A stretch of 63,326 nucleotides of DNA, filler included, from Octopus bimaculoides (taxonomy: Eukaryota): NCBI RefSeq assembly GCF_001194135.2. It is 7 parts of 7 records of this genome, joined end to end, with 100 filler letters (N's around TTAATTAATTAA, not from the genome) between each part and the next. Parts side by side here need not be neighbours in the genome. Positions count along the whole stretch, not along the records: positions 1 to 14,231 come from NC_069000.1; positions 14,332 to 25,674 come from NC_068994.1; 5 more parts are not named here. One strand, written 5' to 3'. The position numbers were made by a program, and so were the translations under genes. The notes under the pieces are model-generated. The model searched no databases and was not told the origin of the DNA. It worked only from the letters and a program-made list of their open reading frames with translations. This document shows positions 13,050 through 23,059 of this stretch, in pieces. Within the stretch, counting starts at the first letter, position 1; every line of letters begins with the position of its first letter.

Positions 13050-14191
13050 NNNNNNNNNNNNNNNNNNNNNNNNNNNNNNNNNNNNNNNNNNNNNNNNNNN
13101 NNNNNNNNNNNNNNNNNNNNNNNNNNNNNNNNNNNNNNNNNNNNNNNNNNNNNNNNNNNNNNNNNNNNNGACAAAATGCACGCATTTCTGAGTGCCACAT
13201 CTTTTCCGGGCGTAAATCAGTGAAGGATGTTTACAACAGCGAGAATATAGCCAATGAATCGGTGCTTTTGAACAAAGAATCTCTTTTGTACTTGTTATGT
13301 CCGAATTCCACAAAGGAACAATTGTCGTTCTTGCCAAAATGAACTAGTGATAGGCACGTTGGAAACTTTTAACTAATGACGGTATTGTTCAGCAAATACA
13401 TGATACAAAATAAATTAGTATTTATTTCAATTAGGGAGTGGATGTAGAGGTTTCTAGAATGAAACAATTACGTGACAAACTGGTTGTAGAAATTCTTTAA
13501 CCGAAATATGATGTTCTTCCAGAGTGTAGGTTTCTCTTAAATGTTTAGAGGAATGTTTGACAGGCAGACAACCACCGCCTTATTGTAAGAACACTATTCA
13601 CGTTTACCACTATATTTCAATAAAACTTATCTATATTGGCTTACGTATGTTAGTGTCTAAGATTTATTTTATTGCGCATATGTTTATATGCATAAATGTA
13701 TGTATACATGTATGTATATATATATTTGGGTTTGGGCTACGGTAGTTGTCATTGCTAGTATATGTGTATGTGTGTTTGCATCCCTCTCTCCCTCTCTTTC
13801 CTAATCCCTCTTTCTACGCATTGTGTGTGTGCGCGCGTATACATATTGTTAATGTATATATCTCATTACCTCTCTACTTCTGTCCCTATATTGATGAGTC
13901 AATCTTTCTTCTTAGCTTTTTAATATGTTCTTCTTTCTCCTCCACCTCTCTCACCACACAGCCAAAACAAAATCCATGCTCCTGTGGTATGACACTGAGA
14001 GAAAAGCAAGTCAACGAAAGCAAGACACGAGAATTGCTCTTCTAACTTATTGTGTCTCTTCTTACATATCTCAAAAGATACGGAAGGTAACATTACTGAA
14101 ATGGTGCTCTAACTAATGTTTTAACATCCAAATATGCAAAACGCGTTAAAAATATACAAGTGAGATATAGAAAGGCAAGTCCTTATTTATG

Positions 14192-14231
<40 letters not shown>

Positions 14232-14331
14232 NNNNNNNNNNNNNNNNNNNNNNNNNNNNNNNNNNNNNNNNNNNNTTAATTAATTAANNNNNNNNNNNNN
14301 NNNNNNNNNNNNNNNNNNNNNNNNNNNNNNN
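14232..14331. other. Assembly gap spacer N44-TTAATTAATTAA-N44; the same spacer recurs at 25719, 31083, 34884, 44618 and 57003
   Basis: An identical 12-mer with stops in all six frames is centred in exactly 100-bp placeholders, so these are scaffolding artefacts of unknown true gap size. Confidence 0.95.
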
Positions 14332-14492
14332 TCTGCTGTAATAATACACATACACATACATACTTTTCTTTGTACGACGGCCTGTCTTTGATTATGTTCT
14401 TATATGTCGCATTCACACTCTCACACAGACATACATCTTTAACACTACAATAAATATCTCTGTTATTCATCTTATACGGTTGTGGTCTTTCA

Positions 14493-14668
14493 TTACTGGT
14501 CATCTATGTTATCGTCGCATAACATATCATCTATATCATCATTTGATATATATTTGTATGTTCGACCGTGCGACGCGTTTAAATAAAAGGAGTCCTCTGT
14601 TTTTCCATTCGTCACCATTGCTCCTTTTATGAGTTCGCACGGTCGTCCCTTACAGTTCGTTAAAAGTG
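14493..14668 (-). CDS. Candidate distal terminal coding exon of the CBM14 gene (Asp-rich tail)
   Basis: Acceptor tttgttttacatattcAG (14670-14669). The phase-1 frame is open for 57 codons, (T)LLTNCKGRPCELIKGAMVTNGKTEDSFYLNASHGRTYKYISNDDIDDMLCDDNIDDQ, and ends in tandem stops TAA TGA. The frame is compatible with the exon-2 donor; there is no transcript evidence. Confidence 0.55.
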
Positions 14669-16576
14669 CTGAATATGTAAAACAAATACCTTTCTACCAT
14701 CGTGTACCATATAAAGGTTATAAGAACAAGAGAAAAGTTTTCAATATGCTGTCCTTTATAATAATATTTATTCGGCTGAGTCTAACGGTTGTTCTCTCAA
14801 TCAGACGTGTATATATGCGTGTGTGTGTTGTGAGAGTGTTATGTTGTGAGAATGTGTGTGTGTGTGTATGTGGGGGGTATATGTATACATGTATGTCTCC
14901 AAGCATGAATGTATGTACATACGTCTTTACCTACCTACATACATAGATACATACATACGTGCATACATATGTACATACATACTTGCATGCATACATACAT
15001 ACATACACACATGCTTACAATTCTGCCTGCTCCCCACCTTAATTATGTTAAATAGGGCTGGCCTTGGGCAAACAACAACGAAAATAAAATTATATTTCCC
15101 ATGGTGGCAAAATATTTTCATTAACACAGAAAGACAGCAGAGTGACGCCGTTTGTTGTAGTAGTTCGAAAGATGAAAGAGGAGAGTGAAATATTTTATCT
15201 GAATAAATCAGGGGAAGCTAAGCTAAGACAGGAGAAAAGGAAAAAGTAAAAATTGAGAGAATGAGAAAACTGAGAGTTTGAAAATGGAGGGAATGAAAAC
15301 GAGAACGAAAACACTATGCTGCTTTTTTATACTAGACCATTATAGTATTGTCTTAGATACACCAGCACATTAATACTTTCATTGTTGTTGTTATAAATAT
15401 CATTTCCTGCATCATAACCATCATCAGTATCACCATCATAAACACCATAGTTACTGCCATTATCACCATTATTTTTATGAACATCATAAATTTCTTGAGC
15501 TTTATTATTTATTAATGAGTATTTCGATTCAATTATCTATTAAACATTAAACCAATTCTTGGACCTTTTCCGTTTAATTGCATCTTTGGAAATTTTAATG
15601 TTTAGTAAATATTTTAAAATTTGGTGATTCTACAGTGAATCTCAGGCGATAAGTCACTTTTTCCAGAAAAAATCTTTTTAAAAGTTACAGAGGTTTACCC
15701 AGTCAGAAAAACAGGATTTAGATGTCATTTTGAGCGTGACTTCGCGTGTTGTTCACTGTAAACAAATGAAATATTGGAGGAACTCTTCTTTACGCACGCC
15801 ATATAACCCCACAAAACTATATATATACATATATATATACATACATATATATANNNNNNNNNNNNNNNNNNNNNNNNNNNNNNNNNNNNNNNNNNNNNNN
15901 NNNNNNNNNNNNNNNNNNNNNNNNNNNNNNNNNNNNNNNNNNNNNNNNNNNNNNNNNNNNNNNNNNNNNNNNNNNNNNNNNNNNNNNNNNNNNNNNNNNN
16001 NNNNNNNNNNNNNNNNNNNNNNNNNNNNNNNNNNNNNNNATATATTAGTTTTCAGGAAAATTTTGTAAATTTGTATTCCTCACGGAAAATTATACAATTA
16101 TGCAAAAATAAGAACAAGAATTAGTGTGTAAATGAAGGGCCATTTAACTATTATTTTTGGTACATCTCACGACTACCTCATACCTCATGTATTTTAAGCA
16201 TTTAATAAGCGAAAAATGACCACGTAGGAAAGCAGCTTGGTAACAGCTTGTCTTGTTACTATGGAAACAGGCACCTATATGCCTGTGGCTTTGGATTGGA
16301 TAAAATTGCAAATTTTAAAGGTTATTAACTCTTTGTTGAATTATGGCAAAAATAAATGTCATGCCAATGATTACTATACAAGACAACACCAATATTCCAA
16401 ATATAAAAATCAATTGGAACTCAAATTGAAGAAACTTGAAAGTGGCAACCAAAGAGAAAATATATCAATTCCTACAAGAACTTCAACCCATATTTGTATG
16501 GTGCTGATATTAGAGTTGCCAGGAATCACTTGCACCAAGCTAAAATGTTATAAGAAATCCAGCTACTGAACTATCA

Positions 16577-16584
16577 TCATATTC
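16577..16584 (-). CDS. Alternative proximal terminal exon start (adds Arg-Ile-stop), followed by possible 3' UTR
   Basis: Pyrimidine-rich acceptor aatttctgcctttcttAG (16586-16585), 300 nt below exon 2. Phase 1 gives A|GA ATA TGA. A possible ATTAAA polyA signal lies at 16206-16201. Confidence 0.35.
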
Positions 16585-16886
16585 CTAAGAAAGGCAGAAA
16601 TTCTGCTTTTATATACATTTTTGTTCAAACTATATACACACACACACACATATATATATACATATAATATATATATATACATAAAATATATATATACATA
16701 TAGATATATATATGAANNNNNNNNNNNNNNNNNNNNNNNNNNNNNNNNNNNNNNNNNNNNNNNNNNNNNNNNNNNNNNNNNNNNNNNNNNNNNNNNNNNN
16801 NNNNNNNNNNNNNNNNTCCATTGAATGTATATACATATGTATATACATTCAATTTTATCAAAGTAAACACAATCAGTTATACTTAC

Positions 16887-17048
16887 TTGGAACACATGGG
16901 ACATCAGCTGCATTAGCACAGACAAAGTAATCACTGAAATATGAGCCGGTAGCACATTTGAAAAGTTCCTGCGATTGTCCAGTGCATTGGTAGAATAGTT
17001 CACAGCGTTCAGGATGCCTGCAGAATGGGGCTGTACCACATATACAAG
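16887..17048 (-). CDS. Exon 2: chitin-binding type-2 domain (CBM14 / peritrophin-A / ChtBD2)
   Basis: 162-nt exon between acceptor ttttctaccattctAG (17050-17049) and donor A|GTAAGT (16886-16881), phase 1/1. It encodes (A)CICGTAPFCRHPERCELFYQCTGQSQELFKCATGSYFSDYFVCANAADVPCVP, with the HPxxC-x5-C-x9-C-x11-C-x7-C spacing and aromatic residues typical of CBM14. Confidence 0.9.
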
Positions 17049-17124
17049 CTAGAATGGTAGAAAATAAACAGAATGATGAGACAGATAAGTATTTGTATAA
17101 TATAGGTTTCAAATTATGGCACAA

Positions 17125-17290
17125 GACCACCATTTGCAGGATAGGGGTAAGTTGATTACATCACCCCCAGTGCTCTACTGATATTATTTTATCGACCACA
17201 AAAGGATGAAAGGTAAAGTCAAACTTAGCGGAATCTGAACTCAGAACGTAAAGGCGGATGAAATGCCGCTAAGCATCTTGCCTTAGATGT
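17125..17290 (-). mobile_element. Octopus tRNA-derived SINE, family A (intronic)
   Basis: Matches the reverse complement of 21790-22015 (GATGAAAGGTAAAGTC, GAACTCAGAACGTAAAG, GAAATGCCGCTAAGCA). Confidence 0.8.
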
Positions 17291-18062
17291 GTTATATAGC
17301 TGGTGAGATAATACATAAGATAAATTGTTTTATAGTATTTGCGTTTTTTCCCTTTACTTTCCAATTCTAATCCCGAGAGAAGCAAATCTATTGCTAAAAT
17401 ATTTACTGGTCAGGGTTAGGTGTTCAATTAAGTCAGTACAAAATTAGCTTTGTGCTAATTTATCATAACTTTTTACAGGCCTGAAGAACATTTTAGCCCT
17501 GTTTGCCCCACATCAATTGAAAAAATAAAACTTTCTTTGAAAACATTCCGGGTGGGGAGATTTAATTATCTCCTAATAACATCGGATTCTCAATAAAAAC
17601 AAAGCCTTTGCACCAAGGTAAATTAGATATTTAATATATTTTTCAAACCAGTCAGAATCTTTTCAAATCAGTCACAATAACAAAATTACTTAATGAGGAG
17701 AATACACGTTTGTCTATGCCAACTCTAGTATTGACACTATTAGAGAACGCATAAGGAAGTCTCAATTTACAAACAGATTAACTCTTCATAATTTGACAGT
17801 CCCTTCTCTTTGTTTAAGGCAGCGGTCGCCACGACTAAGAAACATACAACTATCAAGTCGATTCCTCTATGCGGGATCGATGTTCAGTTCCATCTTCCAA
17901 GACCTGAATATTGCAATACTCATTAAACTGTCCTTAATAGTAAAGACTTTGATTTAGATCAAAATGAATCAAATGTAAAAAGCAAATGGCGATATAATTC
18001 TTGCAAAAAGATGTAATCCGGAATACTAATGAAAGAAATTAGTTAAGTAGCAGTAATAATTG

Positions 18063-19025
18063 GGATCTTTTCATGGGAAACTCGATTAATTAATTTTCTT
18101 TAACTAAACACTTTGAAACTCCGTGTACTGATAGAATGTGTCATATAGAACATCTTTTACTCTTAGCGTTATTGAGAAAAGTTTCTATTTACGAAGTTAT
18201 TTCGTGTTAAGGTTGTCGTATTTCGGTAATTTCAACCAATCAATGACGTGTATTCAACTGAATAAAATTACTGCAGTTATTTGTTAACAACAACTTCAGG
18301 CGGTGTATATTTCGTTTGTCACTGTTATTTATGACATCGTTCGTGCGTTTGTAGTAGTTTTAGCTTTACGGTTTTAGGGTTATGGTTAGGGTTAGGGTTT
18401 TAGGGTTATGGTTGGGGTTTTAGGGTTAAGGTTACGGAAAAAGGGAAAAATGAAGAAATTGAGCGGGAGGGGTAAGGGGAGGCCAACAAATTTCAAAATT
18501 CCGATTTTTGGCAATTTTCCGGAATCTCTGTATCCGAAAAGCTGGGTTTTTGGCAAAAAAATTTTTTAAGAAACAATAACTTGCGAGAAAATGTGGGCGG
18601 AGAGAGTCTTTCCGAAAATAGTAGCTGAAAAACAGGAAAAAAGCCTAAAAGCAGTAGAAATGCACGAACGATTATGGTGGTGTCATGAAGTTAACGTGTT
18701 TCAGATACACTCGTTTATTCATACGAACGTAACTGAGATGAAATATGTCATAAATAACAGTGACAAGCGAAATATACACCGCCTGAAGTTGTTGTTGACA
18801 AACAACAGCAGTAATTCTATTCAGCTGAATGCACGTCATTGATTGGTTGAAATTACCGAAATACAACAACTTTAACACGAAATAACTTCGAAAATAGAAA
18901 CTTTTCTCAACAACGCTAAGAGTAAAAGACGTTCTATATGACACATTCTACCAGTATCCGAAGTTCCAAAGTGTTTAGTTAAAGAAAATTAATTAATCGA
19001 GCTTCCCATGAAAAGGAAAAGGTCC
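18063..19025. mobile_element. Mutator(MULE)-like non-autonomous foldback element, ~270-bp TIRs, 9-bp TSD
   Basis: 18063-~18335 is the reverse complement of ~18746-19025. Termini are GGATCTTTTC...GAAAAGGTCC, flanked by identical TAATAATTG at 18054-18062 and 19026-19034. A 9-bp TSD with long TIRs is the Mutator signature. Confidence 0.85.
18370..18435 (+). repeat. Degenerate telomere-like (TTAGGG) repeats inside the foldback element
   Basis: ggttttagggttatggttagggttagggttttagggttatggttggggttttagggttaagg. Confidence 0.7.
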
Positions 19026-20273
19026 TAATAATTGTGGTATATTTACCGTAACATTATTTCAAACATTAAGTTATCTAATTTTTTGTTTCCGTTACAGATC
19101 CTGTAACTTAAAGAATTCACCTTCCTATCGTATATTTAGAGTAAACCAGCTTAGTAGTAGCCATCTCTCCAAGTCACACACTGATTAGTAATTCATACCA
19201 GCCCAGAATAAATAATTACCATTATTTTATGGAACTAAATGACTTCCCCATGGTCTCAGTGCAGCACCGATAACGGAATCCAAAATAGAGAGCCTTCCAT
19301 CAGTAATCTAATAACTGGTAAATTCTAAACTCGGATATCGTGTCTCATCATCAAATAAAAATAGCATTCAAATTCATTTCTTTTGACTACGTAAAAGGAC
19401 TTGTAGTTTAGAGTGGGATAAAGAACCAGTATTCATAAGGTTTCCAGTCGCACTGACGGTACAAGTAAAAGGAAATTGCTTAGTTTAGGATTTGAAGCCG
19501 CCAACCACATTTATATTATACATACCTAATAAACTTGTGACTACGTCGCAGGTTTATTAGAAATAAGAAAATGATGTGATAATATGCATGCCATTCTTTT
19601 GTAAGCGATATCTGCTGTAAGGGTGAAGTGAAATGGTTAATGCCTTGTATCGAAACCGGGTTGCAAACTCCGTTCTCCGTTAGTTTCCTGTGAACAAACT
19701 GCCCAGGTACAGTTATGGAATTAAAAAAAACTTCTGGATTCAAGCTGTATCTGAACAATAAAGAGGCACGACTGCTCTGCTTAATAGTATACTTATTCAA
19801 ACATTAGACTTTTAATGTAATATAAAGTTTTAGTGTAACAATATCTCATCTGAAAACCTTAGATATGTAAAGCAAATGTTTACCAGTATCACATCTTAAG
19901 TTAATCTAAAAATAAGCATCGTTTTTAAAACTCTGAATTCCTGGACCAGAAAGAAATCAACTTTTTGTTGATCAGGTACGTAGTCATTTCAATAGATTTT
20001 GATGTATTAAGAGCATTTATTTTATTCACCCTCTTGAGAGCCACAAGACTATTTCAGATAGAATCTTCACGACAAAGACTGTAACGAATCGATGTTTTCC
20101 CCTAGGATTTACCATATTCAGTCTTTCATGGGTACACACTGCATAGGACACAACAGACTTGTTATACTAGCATTGGTTTATAGTGATCTTGAACGTTTGA
20201 ACTGAGGGAATATTTATAAGGTGATTTAGAGAAATCAAAGTAACAACAAATTTTGAAATATCTAACTACTTAC

Positions 20274-20334
20274 CTCCGTTGCAAGTTACTATCCCTAAAG
20301 ATAGTATAAGACAAATCGCGAGAAAGTTTTGCAT
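20274..20334 (-). CDS. Exon 1 (signal peptide) of a secreted CBM14 chitin-binding protein gene
   Basis: Minus strand reads ...AAAA ATG CAA AAC TTT...: MQNFLAICLILSLGIVTCNG plus 1 nt, then a canonical donor G|GTAAGT (20273-20268). It has a hydrophobic core and small residues at candidate cleavage sites. The phase-1 donor matches the phase-1 CBM14 exon, and a TATA box and Inr lie just upstream. Confidence 0.85.
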
Positions 20335-20399
20335 TTTTGCTGGTGTGTGAGTATATGTATTGACATATAACTTCGTACAAAGTTCTTTAGTGCAAGAAA

Positions 20400-20440
20400 G
20401 CAAACTGCGAGCATTTGTCAAAATCATGTATTTATATAGA
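20400..20440 (-). promoter_or_regulatory. Core promoter of the CBM14 gene: TATA box and initiator
   Basis: Minus-strand TATATAAA at 20438-20431. An Inr-like GCAGTTT has its A at 20406, 32 nt downstream of the first T of the TATA box, predicting a ~72-nt 5' UTR before the ATG at 20334. Confidence 0.7.
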
Positions 20441-21789
20441 ACGAAGCATATGAAAGTCGTATACAATTCATGTGCATTTACACGTGTTTACGTAAGAATG
20501 TATTATTATTATTATTATCATTTCCGAAAAGGGAGGAGCTAATACGTGTCTTGTTACTTATCTAGATTTTCCTACGCTCAAGAATGCTTAGTTGCCACGT
20601 GCTAGATTTAACAACTCCTCAATCAATTTGGCATTCTGATGAATAAATAGGAGAAAGCTATATTAGAATTATAAAAGGAATTGTTTGAAAAAAAAAATAA
20701 TCGTGTTTTTAAGAGTTGTATTTGTTTTTATATGCTCAAATTCCTTAAAGGAATATGCTTTTCAGAATATTATATGAAACAAAAAATTCTCCCTAAATAT
20801 TCACTCACTCGTGAATATATTACTATACCATTGAAACATGTTCCTTAACTTTAAACCAGTTTGAACTTGTTTTATTATTTCACTATTTTTGTTTTATTAA
20901 ATCAATGATTGACAATAAAAGGAATCTAAAAAAAAAAATGAAGAGATCGTCTCGTTTCATCTGATAGTTTTTAAAACCTTACCACAATCTACACGTATGA
21001 CAAGCGGAACATAGTACCACCCCCAAGATGTGATCCACTGTTCTCATGCTTCAATATCTGGTAGCTTATTGAAGTGAGAACCGACGCTGTAGCTAAATAA
21101 TTTTGCAATGGGAATTTTTCCTTCTGATAAGGAGGGGAAAACCTGATATTCTTTTTTTTTTCTTTCTTGTTTTCCCACCGCATTACAAACAGACACCCAA
21201 TTTCCAGCTTTTACTTTATTCTTCAATAACCTGTTCTTCAAATTTATACATTTCGAAAAACTGTACATTATCTATTGTCCACACAAGCTTAAACCTTATA
21301 TATCAGAAGAATAGGTTGTATAGAAAGACAATAAACATCGAAAGGCAATTAGGTGCAAAGAGTAGATTTTATATACGATACGTGTGTATATGTACATAAG
21401 TGTTTGTGTATAAGCAGAAATGTATATTTCGATGAATCACAATGAACACCCACGAAAATTAGTTGGTTTCAGAATGATTTCACGCAGAATGCAAAATAGT
21501 GTTCGAATTTTAAAAAGAAAAACGTTCCGACATTATACTCTTGAATTTCTCATTAAACATTTATAGATATGCAAATTGCAATACCATTCAAATTCAAATT
21601 GCAGCGTAAGATGTTAAAATTATAAGCCCTGCTTGTAATCGTTTTAGATAAAATCAAATTTAATTGAAAATTAAATTTTACTTCGTATGACTTTCTCTGA
21701 ATTTCTTTTAACTTCAAATTATCCATAACTCTATACATAGAGAAGGTTTTCATTTGCTTTTTCTACATCCCATTGAGTAATAAAACTCA

Positions 21790-22015
21790 ATTCAATAATT
21801 GGATTACACAAGGCGGCGAGTTGGCAGCAACGTTAGCATTCCAGGTGAAATGCTTAGCGGTATTTCGCCTGTCCTTACGTTCTGAGTTCAAATTCCGCCG
21901 AGGTCGACTTTGTCTTCCATCCTTTCGGGGTTGATAAATTAAGTACCAGTTGTGTACTGGGATCGATCTAATCGACTGGCCCTCTCCCCATAAATTTCGG
22001 GCCTTGTGCCTAAGA
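21790..22015 (+). mobile_element. Octopus tRNA-derived SINE, family A, full length
   Basis: GGCGGCGAGTTGGCAG (A-box-like) ... GAGTTCAAATTCC (B box), then GTCGACTTTG..CATCCTTTCGGGGTTGATAAATTAAGTACCAG. At least 9 related copies occur in the window. Confidence 0.85.
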
Positions 22016-22389
22016 AATGGAAAATACCAAACATTTTCTTGGACAATTGAATCCGTATAGTAATAAATATTTCTTTTTAGCAGCATTTTTTTTTTCGTAT
22101 TATCTATAATACTGGTTTTAAATTCTTTTTGTAAACGCACAATTATTCGGAACACAAATATTAATTTAGTCTGCATATTGACGCACTAAGTGCATCAATT
22201 AATGATTCCTGATTTGAGCTATCGATAAATGTAATTATCTTCCCCAATAATTTCGGAAAAGAAAAGAATAGGGTTCCTTTTTATTTACCACATTATAACA
22301 GTCATTAAAATAACAGTCATTAAAATGGTCTTTCGGCTCCCTCCATATCATTGGTAGGGCAAGAAGCATGGACTTTCCTTATTATTGAA

Positions 22390-23008
22390 CCAGTCACGAA
22401 AGCTATTTCAGCAAGCTGAGCAGATAAAATGTGGTGTCCATAGCTTGTCCTGATCTCCAAGAGGATAGTCAAAATATAGCATATAAATCTTCTTTATCTC
22501 TGGTGTTGTTGTACGTTTTTGACCTTTCACAAATTGTCTACAGACATTAAAAAACACATCAGGACGATTTCTACACTGTCTTGATATTGTTAACACTGTA
22601 AAACAAGTAAGGAAATAGATACAAACGGTTTTACTTATATTGAATTTGAGATGACTAAAAATTTTATCAGAGCAATTATGACTGGACAATTTCAGATGTT
22701 GAAATACTTATTTCATCAGGCAAAACTGGATTAGTTAGTTTAAGATGATGAAATATTGCATCTGAACTATGCAGCAATGAAAAGTATAATTTATTTTAAA
22801 GGTATGCTTCCATGATGTAAATTAAATACATACATACACGTCATTAACTGGAATTTTTATATCATGCATGAACTAAAACCAAAAAAACTTTCCTATCTTG
22901 AAAGCAGTACGTGATGTCAAAAAACTAATTGTATATTTGAAATCAGCATTAAAAACTACACTAAGTACACCTTAACATATGCTTGATGAAAAATACTTGT
23001 TGACCAGT

Positions 23009-23009
<1 letters not shown>
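22390..23009 (-). mobile_element. DNA transposon 5' remnant, Chapaev3-like (CMC group) transposase N-terminus
   Basis: Terminus CACTGGTCAACAA at 23009. Downstream frame ISRQCRNRPDVFFNVCRQFVKGQKRTTTPEIKKIYMLYFDYPLGDQDKLWTPHFICSAC fits the C-x-N-x-PD-x-FCY-x-CG...LGDQDK-x-WAPH-x2-C-x2-C pattern. The superfamily name is from memory. Confidence 0.6.
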
Positions 23010-23051
<42 letters not shown>

Positions 23052-23059
23052 TAATAAAA

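Noticed and set aside
14276-14287. TTAATTAATTAA palindrome recurring six times between N runs
   Set aside because: It is always centred in exactly 100-bp N placeholders, so it is a scaffolding spacer and not biological.
15043-15108. Perfect Kozak GCCACCATGG opening MGNIILFSLLFAQGQPYLT* on the minus strand
   Set aside because: It stops after 19 codons with no usable donor before the stop, has no promoter, and the flanking sequence looks like a repeat end.
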